A stretch of DNA of 60,483 nucleotides from Raillietiella orientalis (Eukaryota): contig JAYWIR010000037.1 in NCBI GenBank assembly GCA_036172245.1, positions 2,170,001 through 2,230,483 on the forward strand. Reading direction: 5' to 3'. The notes under the pieces are model-generated. The model did not search any database. It was given only the letters and a program-made list of their open reading frames with translations, and was not told where the DNA came from. Below are positions 23,357 to 36,429 of this stretch, in pieces. The translations under genes and the position numbers were made by a program. Positions within the stretch are counted from its first letter, which is position 1; each line of letters begins with the position of its first letter.

Positions 23357-26300
23357 AAGGCAAACTTGCAATGGTAAATAATCTTACACTTGAGTAAAGG
23401 CGACAGTGTGTGTGGTATAACAAAGTATAATAAAATGTATAATAACTGCTTCTTTCGCTGGAGGATGGCATCGTCTTAAGAGAGAGCGAAAGTGGCGTTT
23501 CTTCTCACAGGCCAGCAGTCGGTAGCCAGTCACAGACGGCAGGTGATGGCAAGCGACTACGAAAAGTCATTTCCAACCGGAGGAAACCAGAATGTGTTGT
23601 AGAGCTGTGTCACAGGTCAAAGTCCGGCTGCTCATGGCTGAAAGGAGCAGAGGCGCGGTTGATGAGCAGAAGGATAGATGCATCGCATTTGCTCGAAAGC
23701 CGGGGTACCTGATTTTACGGTAACACACCCCAAATTGCCCTTGTAGAGTCTGCTTGCCTCCTGTCGCACCAGGGTTTCATTGGTCTCGTTTGACACGTAT
23801 ACCGACGGGTGCTGAAAAAAAAAAAGACTTCCTGCATCCCTCTTCGTAGTGATCATGGAAGCTAAAAAGTAATCAAGACCTCAAAGCACGAGGAACTTTG
23901 AGGGTTTCCTCGCAGCATGAGCAGCCAACATCCCATCAAAAGGAAAACCGTGTTACCCGGAAATGTGTGGCGTCGACGTACTCTTTCGCCAGCGGTTTAC
24001 CAGCAAGCGCACGGTATAGGCGTGCAGTTGGAGATAGAAGGGCACGAAGCAGGGAAGCCAAGTGAAATGGCGACATCGGCCATCAGCCTGCGACGGCGGT
24101 TTGCACCTGCGCCTGGAGGCACGAAAGGCACTGCATTGCGGCGTTCTTAGGGACCAGCATGGCGCGTTTTTTGGAAAAATCCGATTCAAAAGGTGAAGGA
24201 GCATCCCTTCGTTTCGGAAAACTATTAAGGACGCAAGGTTGAAATCGAACAGGCGCTTGCGGATGAGGAAAAGGAAATGTGACGTCAAAAGAAGGACGAC
24301 ACGCGCCCAACAATCGGCAAAGCTCGGAACAGACCACGCCCCATCGGAAACCGCCATTCCGCATTTTGTTTCTCTCACACGCAGACTTCCGGCTCGCTGA
24401 CCGTGCACCCCACGATTCCAGAAGTCCACCCCATTCCCGTGGATCCTAAGCAAGCTTTTCTTCTTGGGCATGATGGTCCATCACGAAAACGGAAACCATT
24501 CTTTCCCTAATGTGTTCAAACCTTCGTGGTGCAGATTGGAACGAGAAACTGTGAACGATACCCAGCAGCTTCTTGATGGGACCACGCATCAACGCGTTTC
24601 CTGCAAATGATCGGTGCGACCTGCAGAACCCAAGACAAGCAGATGCGCACAGCTATAAGCGCATGCGTGATGACACGTAAATACACGCTGCCACGTATGC
24701 AGCTGAGGACAGAAAAAGGGAAAAGGAGGTTTCACCCTAAGAAACGTCTTTTTGAATGCTGCACCTAATTATTTCTTTTTTTACCCGCAAACGAGGAAAT
24801 ACATCCACGATGAACGTCCTCGTAGTACAAAGTGGACGGAACCAACAGCAGGTGCAACGGAATCACAAAGACCACGGAAGTGCGCCTTGTGGAGTGAGCA
24901 GTCACGCTCGGCTCGCATCCAGGAACTCTTTTTCCACACCTTTTCTCATGAGTCCAGGAAACAGAAGACCTGGGAACGTGAGGTCAAGGTGAAGTGCAGG
25001 ATGAATGTCCAGCGTTCAGCTTGAGTTCAACGAAGCCGCCCCTCTGGCGCACGTTTTCCAACTTGCGTGCCAGCAGTTGCGGCTGAATGCGAGAGAGAAA
25101 TCGCCATCGATGTCCACAACAGTGATATAAGAAGCACATTGCAGATGCATGCACAATGTGGAGAAAAGCAGCTGTTCTGCATGTGGAGGATGGGTACCCA
25201 AGGGATACGAATGCAGAATGTTCACGGGTAGACAACCCTGCGCAATGGAACAAGGACACTCCTAAATGAAACGATAACATCGTTTCTCTCAGGCGCTCCC
25301 TTTCTGCCGTCTGCGTCTTCAGGAACACTTCAGGGAAATTCCACAGGCTGAGAAGACGCTGCAGTAAGGGGTTGAACGAACGTGTAAACGAACACATATG
25401 GTAAGCAACGTGCGATCGAGACCAAACAGACATTAAAAAGGGAAAGAAGAATGCCTTTCTGTCAGCATCAGGCAACAGAGTTCTTTTTCTCCGTGACTGT
25501 TTTTTCTATTTCATAGGAGCACACCGACCTTGGCAGAGTAGGTGCTGAGGTAGATGACGCAGTTTCTCGAGAGAGAGAAGCCTGCATCGCTGGCGCAAGC
25601 GAACACGTTACACGGGTCACGTGCACCGGCGGGCCGCAGAGAATACAAGAGAGTGGAAGAAGAAGACGCAACGTTGACAACGGCACGAGGGATTGAGCCC
25701 TGACGGATTGCCACTTGCCACTTCTCCACTCGAATAAACACGGCAGAGAAATGCACGAGACGGAGGTCAGAACGACAGACTGCCTTTGCGCCGCCCATAA
25801 TTCTCGCGGTGGGATGTCTGTTTCCTTCTTCCAGGAAGTAAACCGGGGAAAGCATCGAATTGAGAGCCAACAAAAAGCAGAAATGTTCTCATCAGAAATG
25901 CACTCTTCTCGCCCTTGCCGCGACGACCGGGGAGTGTACCGCTGCACCACATGGATCCCTTCTTGGTAAGCTATCTAAAATCCATTCTTTTCATGGAGAC
26001 TTCGGGATATTGGGAGCCGCTGAGTCCAGCAGAATAGCAAGAACCGTTACAGTGGTTGCGCACTGCAGGGTGATCGGGGGGGCAGCGAAGATAAAAGCAC
26101 GCATCCTGGCTGCGGTAGAAAGAATGCAGCTGCAGCAACAACGTTTCCTTCTAAGCCTGTTGACTGGCAAATTCTCTACTAGGGATCCACGTTCACGTTG
26201 CGGACGACGTTCCTGCCATTTCAAGAAGCAAACGCGATGTGGCTTCCCAATAGGGAATGTCCACATCTCGACTCAGTCTTCCACGCTTACAACAGGAAGC

Positions 26301-27114
26301 CTTGAAGATGCGAACGAATGCAGCAAGGCTGCAGTCCGTGTCCAGGCGCAACTGAAAGAATTATGTACGACTAGCAGTACGCGATGGGGACTACACAGCA
26401 ACGGAAGCAGCACCAAAGGATATGTCAGGATTGTCAAGAGAGCTTCTCCTCCAGCTGTTTACTTCATTTCCTGGTAGGAGACCAATACAGTAGAAGTGGG
26501 CCATCCTCCAGATGCTGTCTGAGGGAAGTGTTAGGCATGCATAGCTGGTGGTAACGGCAAATGAAGGGCGCGTACACCGGTGGGCCGCAGAGAACACCAC
26601 GAGGGATTGTGGCGCGCCTGGATGCCCCATATCCTTTCTCCAACCGTCCGCCCACGGCAGAAAAAGAATGGGAGCACCGCTGCGACCGAGTTGCCCGTTC
26701 TGCCACCGCCTGAGAACACGCCAACCTCTGACGGTGGAACGCCCGTCCTTTGCAGCGTCCCAGCAGCACCAACCACAGTTTCCACTGCAAGAAGCGTTCA
26801 AGAAAAGCGCTCAGCAGAAGTTTGCTTTACTCACCCGTATTGAGCCAAGATGTGCGGATGCTACATAATGTGGACCTTGCTTCGGTTGCGAGTCCGTGGT
26901 GTACTCCCACGTCGACATCGCGGAAAGAATGAGACCAGCAAAGTCGAGTGGCTTCCGGCAATCAGTGGAATTGCCAGAAACGTTCCTTTGGCCAAGTGGC
27001 GCGTTGTGGTGAAGTGATACACAGCATCACTGCTGAAGAAAGAGGCAGGGCAGCAGCACATATGCAAAGCTGAATGCTTGGTATTCGCCTACGCCCTTTA
27101 TGGGCGGCACGTCA

Positions 27115-28686
27115 ACTTTGCCGACAGCAGCTTTCAAGTAACCGAAAGAGTGGAAGCAAAGAAACAGCCGGGCTAGTGGCAGGATAACGAAGGAGGCCTA
27201 TCCTGTCGGCTGGTGGTGATGTGTCGGCAGAGAGCCGTTGCCACCGAATTTACTTGTGGCGGAGAAGGGAGCGCGGCATGCCTGCGCCGCCCACGTCGGC
27301 CTGCGCGCCCCTCTTTCTCCGGTATGCCTGCTCTGCTGGTGTTCCGATGGAGGTGTTCTCCGATCAGCTCCTGCGATCCTCGGCTGGATGCGAGGGAGGG
27401 GCGTCGGTCTCTCTACCGCGTCGATGCGAGGTGAGGCGTTCTCTCAGGCAGCGAACGTCAGCGGGGAGGAATGGGTGAAAGCAATGGGACTAACAGGGGG
27501 ACATTAAGGGGATGATGGGTGAGGGAGCACACGCCCGAATGAGTAAACTCCGCGTTCCCTGGAACGGAGGCCAAGGAGCTGCTTCTTGGGCGACGGAGGG
27601 AGGGCAGGAAGGCGGGCAGCTACTTCCGTTCCTCCTCGTCTAGCGAGGGAGCCGTCAGGGCAGCGTATAGGAATCGCGCGTAATCGCGGATCCTGAAAGC
27701 CGACAGAATCACCATAAGCACTGCAAACGAGCGCTTCCAGAAGTTCATGATTCTTTTTTCTGATGGAACGGCTTTCCGTGGTTACGCGCAATGGGTCGAA
27801 GGAGGCCAGGCGCATGCGCCTCTTACGTGGATTTTTGTGCTTTTATTGCGATTACCGCTGTAGCGGACTGCCTTTGAATTCTGTGGACGCGCTGAAGGAG
27901 CGTGGCCTCCGAGATGAACGATGTCCTGCTTTCTCTCAATGCTCCTATTGACTGCGCGTATTCACCTGGAGCTCCTTTTCTCCCGCCTTTTTGCATCCCC
28001 GTGGTTTTCAATGCTTTCTGAAGTAATATTATCTTCCGAAAGTCGGTGACCGGAAAACCGTCAAGCGCCAAAGCCCTGTTTGCGTGGAAGAAAAGGATTT
28101 ACGAGTTGAGGAAGGAAGGGAATTGATTTCTCTTTCTGTATTGGTGCACGGGATCGAAAGCAGCTGAGAATGCCTTCTCTTTGTCATGGAATCGGCAGCT
28201 CCTCTTTCTTCCATGTACACCCAGGAGAAAACGGCGGCATTTAAGACGCTCTGTCTTCTAATTTTAGGGTTCTTCCGAAATGGAATTATAAGTAGGCGCT
28301 GCAAGGGCGTAGGCAATCGAAAGCCTTCTTTCGTGAACGCTCTTCTGGCGCCTCGCACATATTGCAAGAGCTCACTATGGCGCTGGCGTTGTCTGCAGAA
28401 TGGCGCATTCCGTAATGACTTTTTTGTCTCCCGCTGTCGTTGTGAAGATTCTTTCCGTGCAACAACGCATTGCATTGCACGCAGGAAGGCGCCGGCATTT
28501 GCGGCGCCTGCCGATGGTACGAAGCAGAGGTGTTTTCATTTGCATTCTATTGCGGCTGCGTAATTTAGGTCTGTCGCCCGGGTGTCTTCTATTCTTTGTG
28601 ATGCGTAATCGAAAGATTGGTTTTTTTTGACCCAGGCATCGACCTGCAGTGATGATCTCGTCTCCTTGTGCCTCTTAACTCTATAG
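27115..28686 (-). repeat. ~1.56-kb inverted duplication, right arm (partner 21791-23356)
   Basis: Reverse complement aligns from tatagagt(c/t)aagaggcac to gctgct(a/g)tcggc; copy-2 counterpart at ~48085-49651. Confidence 0.9.
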
Positions 28687-29379
28687 GGAAGGAGAACCCT
28701 TCTACTTCTGGTCGCCTCCGGTTTTTTTCGCACTTGCTCTATGGTGTTACCACCGTTCCGGTGAGATGGCCCCGGATTGGAAGTGCTTTTGTGTTGATGC
28801 CTGCTCTTGACGATCGGTGCTTCCACCGAACACACGGTCGTGGATGATGCACCCTTTCAAAGTGCAGCGGAGGTTCTTGCTGCGATGCAAAGTTATCTTG
28901 GATGGTACGAAACAATAAAATGTCCAGGGTTTGGCTGCAGAAAACTTCTTTATGAACTCAGAAGAAACGTTTACCACTACACTCATCAGTGCACCCAGTA
29001 TTTCTAAAGAATTTCCCTAGTGTTGGAGGAAGTTTCTTGACTGCGTTAGATGGTGGTCACCGAATTGCTGCGCGTTTACCCATGCCTTGAGGTATCCTTA
29101 TGAACGCGAGGTACACGTCATCGCCTCCGTACTGCTGAAAGCTGAGTGCGCGTGTTTTGGCAAGTAGGAGAGCTCGATTGCATGCATGCATCAGTCGCAT
29201 GTCTCTTTGTAAATGTGACATCATTCAATTGGGCGACTTTGAGCTTCGAGTATCCCTTATATGATGCGGAAAACCGCCTGGGGTACAATGTGGCTGCGAA
29301 GAGTAGTCCCTCTGTAAACAGGGATCACGTCTACTTCGGAGACGCCGCAAATGCGAATGCCGTAGGCAGCTGTTTCAGT

Positions 29380-29770
29380 GACATCACGGTTTACGTGTTC
29401 GCTGTACGCTGCGTCTAAGCCAGGAATGGAAGTGTTTCTGCCAGTACGCTGAGATGAGGATGTTAGGGTTACGCCAACGTATGGACGACATCTGTATGGA
29501 GGCCATGCTGCGAATCAAGCTTCTAGCTAATGTCCGCATTGCGGGAATCCTTGCTATCATAAAAACACTCTCAGGTTGTGCAGGTGCGGCATTGGTTGCA
29601 CCTTTGGAACGGCTGCAAAGAGCTCCCGTACGCGTTGGCGCCCGGCGTAAGACCTGTTGCTTCAACTTCGTCGAAATCGGACACTTGTTCGAGGATTGCT
29701 TTGTGCCCTCACGGTGTTATCACTGCAAAATGTCGGGCCATAGGAATGAGTGTGAAAAACACTTCAACTT
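29380..29770 (+). pseudogene. Degenerate LINE ORF1 remnant with two zinc knuckles (second copy ~50350-50740)
   Basis: FAVRCVTSQEQVWKCFCQYAEMRMLG...GEAMLRIKL (copy 2) aligns with LLRGVGMSTTQMTVWDYFSKFGEVLDL...GEVIAKLKL; then CFNFVEIGHLFEDC and CYHCKMSGHRNEC. Confidence 0.7.
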
Positions 29771-31166
29771 TATCGTAGCCCAAGGACTGCCTCCGCCTGT
29801 CGAAGTGGAGGAAAGGAATAGTAAGGCGTCTCGCAGGCGTTGCTGCCCCTAACCCTTCACATTCGGCGACTGTGGAGGGTGGCAGGACTGTGGAGGCGAA
29901 TCTCTTAAATAGGCAGTAGAAGAAGAAGCCACAGAAGTAAAGGAAGCAATGGAGTGTGAGGGAATTACCTCTTTTCCCAGACGCGGTGATGTAAAGCTTT
30001 CCGACTGCGGTTGAAAAGCAGAAACCACGGAGTTGGCGCATGAAATGGTCACATCCGCACAGTCGCTCAGTCCGCGCACCACGGAGAAACGGTGGAAGCA
30101 GCTTCTATCGTTGTTCTGCTTTCCAACGAGGCATTTGTCTGCAGTACAGCAGAAGAAAGGGAGCGCTTTAAGGCCCACAACCCGCTCAGATAGGCGCGAC
30201 CGGGAATCATCGGGTTGGTGACAGGCAAATTGGTCTGACGTTTCACTCGTTTATTTTCTAGATAAACATGTATGTGTATGGCAATAGGCCCTACAAAAAC
30301 GCCAAACAAATGTGGAACTTGCCGAGTGACAGGCACGCAGGCCGGCGAGGATCGACTCGGCAGAGAGGAGAGGGGACAAGCAACAACAAAGAGCACTATT
30401 TTCTAAAGCAGGGGTGCCGCGGAAGGGATTACTTTCCTCTGGATATCACCTATCTCTGGATATCCTATCCAGGATAGTCGCGATTTCCATCTGAATACGT
30501 CCCAGATGGGTTCATCCGACTGCCGTCCTAAAGAAGCCAAGGGTGTAACAGACGGCGTACCTATCGTGCTGGTCACCGGTGGCGTAGCTCCAAACAGTCA
30601 CAATCTTACGCAGGCAGCCAAGGGCTTTTAGGGTTGAAGAAACGAAAGTACGTTGCGCACATAGAGGTGCTTGATCACGTTTCCGGGAGCGTTCGAAGGT
30701 GAACATTGGGCCGTTGAAAAACGCAACAACAGGGGCTGGAGGGCAACGCAGTAAAGAAGCAGGTGCGGGAGGGAATCCCTCTGCCCCAACCTGACACTAT
30801 TCCTGGGTCCACTGTTCTCACTTCTAGTGACATCGGCGGGCGTTGCTGAGGAATCCCCAGTGCAACACTAGGAACGCCGACTGCTGCCATTTCAGTGGAA
30901 GGACCTGAGTATTCCTCAGCACTGGGGCCCACTCGATATCTTCCCGAAGGTTACTAAGGAACTAACTTCAGCGCAACAGATCCTTCAGTGGGGTACTTCG
31001 GGTCGCGGCATTAGCTAGCTGGCTCGTTGTCCAACTACTTTGCTCTCTCTCTGTTACTGAGAACCTGCATCGGGAATCCCGTTCCTTCGGATGGCTACAG
31101 ACCAAGTGCTCCCTCAGGTAGGCCCACCTGTGCTGGGAGGAGGCTGGGAGGAGGCTACTGTTTAGG

Positions 31167-31938
31167 AGGCTGGCAAGATCCGTGAGGATAGTGTCTGACG
31201 AGGCCATCACGTGGAATTCCTCAGGAAGACTCGCGCTCAGGGGATGCTCCCAGGACGAACATTCCGACCTCTTCTTCCGAAGTTTTAGGTTGCCATGATC
31301 CTGAGAAGATACAACAGAATTGAGAGGGACGCGGCTGGTGTCAGTGTGGCACGCGAGCAGTTTGCAAGTGTCCCTGCGGTCGCCTGTCGAAGTTTTCAAG
31401 ATCGTCGCGAAGCGATTCCCAAGGAGTTGGAGGTCAGCACAGCCCAACAGCAAGTGCGGAAAGGTCTCCTTCATCGCACACCTGCCACACTTAGCGTCCA
31501 GACTGTGTCCAGTGTGCCTGGCGCGCTTTTGCACGGGATTCCTCCTAGCAGCACCAGCAGCGACGACTCTTGCCGCTTGAGTGAAGGGGGCCCTTCTTCC
31601 AGAAAGGTAGCTTCCACTTCACCTCCTCCGAATGGACGGCAAAAAGCTGTCCTCATGCTACAAGTGCATGGACGTTGTCACCCCATTCGGGGTCACAACT
31701 TCCTCCACTTCCCGAGTTGTCCACCTGCCCAAAAGTTTCTTCTTTGCTGCCATGCAGCACGTCAGCTCTCAACTCTCTTTGATGACGCTGCGTCTCTTAG
31801 GAAGAGCAGCACTGGACTAAGAAAGAGAAACGGGACCCGCCGCATCTTTAGCAGGTTGAGGACGATCTCTTCAACGACTCACGAATGTTCATGCATCGCT
31901 CGCTCCGTGGAATCTCCCCCAGGAAAAATACGACTCCT
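31167..31938 (-). repeat. ~770-bp inverted duplication of 38243-39013; LINE ORF2 C-terminal zf-RVT remnant
   Basis: AKCGRCAMKETFPHLLLGC here versus AKCGRCARKETFPHLLLSC at 38690-38740; copy-2 counterparts at ~52147-52922 and ~59223-60000. Confidence 0.88.
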
Positions 31939-33244
31939 ATTATTGGGCTTTTCGTTCATCAGACGCTCGCAAAACGGCATTTCACGGTCACATTCCCAGA
32001 GGTCGTATCTCACGTTCACTGGGATTCTTCTTCCGTACAGGTACCAGAGAGGGAATTGTATGCAGAGTTAGTCGAGCCACGAAGACGCTATGGACGAAGA
32101 GCTCGAGTGCAGTGCCTTTCATGCAGGTCCGCTACGAAAGCGATTGAATTCGTAATGGACACGCGCATACGCGGTTCTCCGATCGCAGCAACCGCTTCCA
32201 GGCAACGAATCTCACGGACGCCCCATACAGAAATTCGACATGACAGAGAAGGGTTGCCGAATGCCACAGGGGTGAACGAAAAGTGCGTTGCTGCCGCCAG
32301 TCAACGGAACCCATTTCAAAAATTACAAGACCGTGGACTGAAGGCCACCAGGCTGTCCAACGGTGCATGGAGGGGAATCGGACTCCGTCCGCTGTCGGCA
32401 GCAAAGACAAAAGCATGTCTTTGCTATGGTGAGACGGACAGGTCGAGTGCCTTCCGAGTTCTCCTGGAAACTCTCTATTCTTCAGGGGCAAACCTCAAGG
32501 AGTGGATCCAATGCCGGAATTGACTGCTCCTCAGCCGATCAGCAACCATTTCTGCTCAGAGAACGTGCATGGCTAACGAATTGAAACTACCAAATCCGTG
32601 CTACTTTCTAAAATATCCCAAGCGAAAACGAAGATGGTTTGCTAAGCTACCGTTTAGAAGGGATCCTGCGTTGGACCACAGCTGTACGCGCTTATCGTTT
32701 CTTGACCACACCTTCGTGAGATCCACCCATGTTCTCTTTCTTAGAACAGTATTTACCTCATGCAATTAGTAAAGTAGTAAGAGAACAACGAACTGAACCT
32801 TCTCTATTGCTGTTGTTCATCTTGCCATCTTGGGTTTCATGCAAGGAGAGAATCATTCAACAGAACGGATTTCCTCCGCCTCTGCAAGCCAAAGAATTAT
32901 CCAGAGCTTGCCAGCGAAGAGTTTGACCGCAGCACACGCTTTCAGTACCTCGGATTTTGGATTCCACAAGTTTAAGTTTAAGGTGTGTCGGTGGATTCGC
33001 CTTCTTTTACACTCCTTGTTGGAAAAAAAAGAAAAGAAAAGGAATGTGCTCTGCACGCATGTCATCGCGTTCACACTTTTTCTTCCATCCAACGTCGGCC
33101 TGCAAACCAAAAGCCCCGAAAATCTCCGAGGTGGGCGAAATCTGCCGCGAAATGCCACCGCAAGTCGGCATTCTCCAATTTTTCACAAACCGACCGTCCA
33201 ACGTGCCGAGTCCGAGGTGCTGCTGCCGGTGAACACCCCAAAGA

Positions 33245-33871
33245 ATGCTTCCCGGCGAATCCAAAGGAGGGAGGGGCAAGGGCGACCACTTGCGCGGAAA
33301 GGTCGACCGCAACCGTCCCAAAGTCGCCAAGGACGACTCCCAAACTCAGTCCGAAATTTTCGAGGCCGCTTACAACGACATCATCTCGCAGTTCTGGGAC
33401 TGGATTAACTGGAAACATGATTTCGATGACAGTAAAATCTCCAAGCAATTCTTATATGATTTTTTTAGGCTGGAGAAGAACTTCAACGTGCCAGAATTCG
33501 AAGCCGTTGAAGTGAAAAGCATGCCGTACGAGCTGTGGATGGATAAAGTTACTGTGTATCCGTCCGTACCCTTGAAAACACTGAAGAGAAAAAGGAGAAG
33601 CCAGGTCATCGTGCGGAAATATGGAGACTCCTGGGCTGTGAACACGGAAAACTGGAACAGTTTATGCAAAAACACCTTTGAGGCTGACAGCGAGGAGAAA
33701 CACAAAGGAGATAAAACGGAATATTTGAGAAAAACGATGGAAATCAAGAAGGACTTGGAGGATTCAATAGGTCCCAGGCTACCATACCAATATGCGCTGA
33801 AAAAGAAGATCCAATTTCCTTTGTTTTCAAAAGACATGCTCCCTGTGCTAGAAAAGAGTAGGACCCCTTAG
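33245..33871 (+). CDS. Orphan 208-aa ORF of unknown function (possibly part of a longer decayed gene)
   Basis: ATG-initiated, with globular-protein-like composition (EIFEAAYNDIISQFWDWINWKHDF...FLYDFFRLEKNF...) unlike neighbouring spurious ORFs; basic KRKRR patch; no family recognised. Confidence 0.5.
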   Translation: MLPGESKGGRGKGDHLRGKVDRNRPKVAKDDSQTQSEIFEAAYNDIISQFWDWINWKHDFDDSKISKQFLYDFFRLEKNFNVPEFEAVEVKSMPYELWMDKVTVYPSVPLKTLKRKRRSQVIVRKYGDSWAVNTENWNSLCKNTFEADSEEKHKGDKTEYLRKTMEIKKDLEDSIGPRLPYQYALKKKIQFPLFSKDMLPVLEKSRTP

Positions 33872-36429
33872 AAATCCAATTGCTTTTCATGTTCTTCATC
33901 TGTGAGGAAACACACGCAAATGCTGTTTCAACGTTGGCAATTGCGTCCAACACCAAACGCTCTTTGAGCCTACAGTATGGAGACACACACAACGATGCAA
34001 CTTGATCAGCGAATGACTTGACAGCAATGTAATCTGGTGGCAGACCTTGGTGACTTACCGAACATTCGACAACTGACTTGCCCCTTTGTCTTACACCGCA
34101 TGTTTGTTTTTTGCATAGTGCCAACATGCACGCGCAAGAGAACGCCCCAACAAAACAACTCAACTCTTCAGACAGGCAACACAATTTGCACATCTGAGAC
34201 AAATTGTATGCACCATAATGTATTCATTCCAATGAAGCACATGCACAATACGAGAGGCAAAACTATTCAAACGTTACTTAAGGGGCAGTGCGAGGTCCTT
34301 CTGGGAGACCAACTTGGTCACTGAATTTTGCTGCACATACTTCTATGCACGCGCTTCCAAAGTCTTTTGAAATTTTCTCCTATTGCAACTCTTTTAGCAG
34401 CCTAAGTCGGAGTCGTCAAAGGCCTTTTTTTAAGTGGATATCTCTTTACTGCGTGGCAGTTCAAGCATGTAATTACTAAATGTTTCTCTCTCCTTGAACG
34501 CAATCTATACTGTGCTGAAAACCCAGGATGCAGAAATGAATGGCACTTCTTGCACATTTTACTTTTTCAAAATACCAGAACTACAAAACAATTAACAGTT
34601 TACCATTTTGTCACAGTACTTACATTTGGGTTTGCGATTTCTGACTAACAGATATCAAGCTATCACAGTATATGAAAGCTAGTCCAGAACTTCTTCGATG
34701 AGGGTGCGAAACAAGTTGTGCTAACTTCAAACAGAATGAACACTTTTGAACACACTTTCATGGGCAGAAACATGAAACAGTTTCTTAGCTACAGTGTTAC
34801 AATTGTAATAGACATACTCATAATAAAAACAGGCAGCTGATCAAGTGCCTGAAAAAGCAACTGATGACTATGAAATGGCTCTTGCACTTATGGATTCAAG
34901 TATTTTCAAGGCATGCAATTTGAAAAACGCGGCAAGTAGGCAAAATGTTGCAACACAACTCCCACCTTTAGGGGATGCTAATAAAATAAATTGCAAAGTT
35001 TACTCCAGGAAAAAACTTGCAATACAGAAATCCGAGGTTAACAAAACGTCAGCCTGCTCTTATTACAATTAATCATTAATCTGATGAGGTACAAGAGGAT
35101 CCAATAAAAATCCTCAAGGCAAACTTGCAATGGTAAATAATCTTACACTTGATAAAAGGCAACAAATGCTTTTATTAATGCTTCCAACTTTTTTGGTGGC
35201 CAATTCAAATTGTGAGTGATTCTATTAGAAAAGAGGGAAAAGTTCAGTGCAACTTTGAACTTTACAACAAATGCATCCACATGTGGGGTCACACTTAAGT
35301 AGGAAATGCTGAATTCACGAAAGATACAACCCAGTTGACATGACCTGATTCGCACAATATTTGCTTCATGTGATTCAACTTTAGTTTAAGGCCCCACTGG
35401 CATACATAAATATTTAGAGAGTCATTTACGTGATAAAATAAACCAAAACTGAAGCACGTTCTTAACGAATACAAATTTCTTAACTACAGCAATAGGAACC
35501 TCAAACATAAAGCACCATTGAATAATTTTCAAAAACAACTGAACAAACTCATGGTAACCGACGTTTCAAGAACACTTTTGTATACCTGGAATCAATGATG
35601 AATACGCCTTTGCATGTATCTGTTCTGATTCTTTTTGCATCCTTTGGCCATCACACAACACGCTCTGAAAACAGGGAAAGGGTGGCCGAGCACCGGTTGG
35701 TGCGGCTCGCTGCGCACATTGCGACTGTTTGACAGACTTTCCGCATGCAACTCGGCGGCGCAGCCCTCAGCACAGAAACGAACAAGGGTTACCAAATGCG
35801 GGCAATGCTCTTCGAGAAAACCAAAGAAAATCATCCGAGTTTCTGAAAACACTTTTTCTTACATAGTTATATTCCAATATCGCAGCACGTCACCTAAATA
35901 TATATCGACACTTCCCGATTGTTCCCGATTTTCGATTGCACGAAAGAGAAATTCTACATTTGTAACAAAAAGATCATTGTGACTCTTTCGTAAAGATCCC
36001 ATCGTGTTCTCGGAACTGCTTCACTCTATTCGGAAGCTGAGCATACATGATAATCTGCTTGAAGGCCATGTCATTCGCAGTCGGGTTTTCTCTTTTTATT
36101 GAGAGATGCCAAAATTCGGCACTTTTTCAGCACTTCACGCCATGTTTTAAACTGTTGATTTGCTCTTAGTAAGCTGCGAGTATTTCCGAATTGTCAAACG
36201 CTAGAACTTCCAAGTTCCTTGAATCTCATACGAGGACATGCAAGTAGGTAATTTATCGCAACCTTTGGATGGATGCTTATATCGTAAATAAAATTCATGG
36301 TTTTCGGGATAATTTACAGATATTTCAAAGCGTTTTGTGCACAGGATTCAGTTGGAATGTTGACATGATCATACAGTATAACATTTCAAAAGGTTGCACA
36401 CCCGAAATGAATTGTTATGCACTAACAGA

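Noticed and set aside
24750..27000. Possible further plus-strand LINE RT remnant (TRINTAEKCTRRRSERQTAFAPPIILAVGCL)
   Set aside because: Resemblance to IN...RGVRQG.PLSP.LF is only suggestive and needs a profile search before it can be called.
30435..30478. ctctggatatc repeated twice plus the ctatccaggatag palindrome
   Set aside because: Very short local duplication with no array structure; not CRISPR-like or otherwise interpretable.
30625..30635. Isolated tttaggg heptamers (also ~28263)
   Set aside because: Single copies are expected by chance; there is no telomeric array.
33230..33232. In-frame TGA after CCCR as possible selenocysteine or programmed readthrough
   Set aside because: No SECIS-like element or redox motif was identified. 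Presence in both copies only shows that it predates the duplication.
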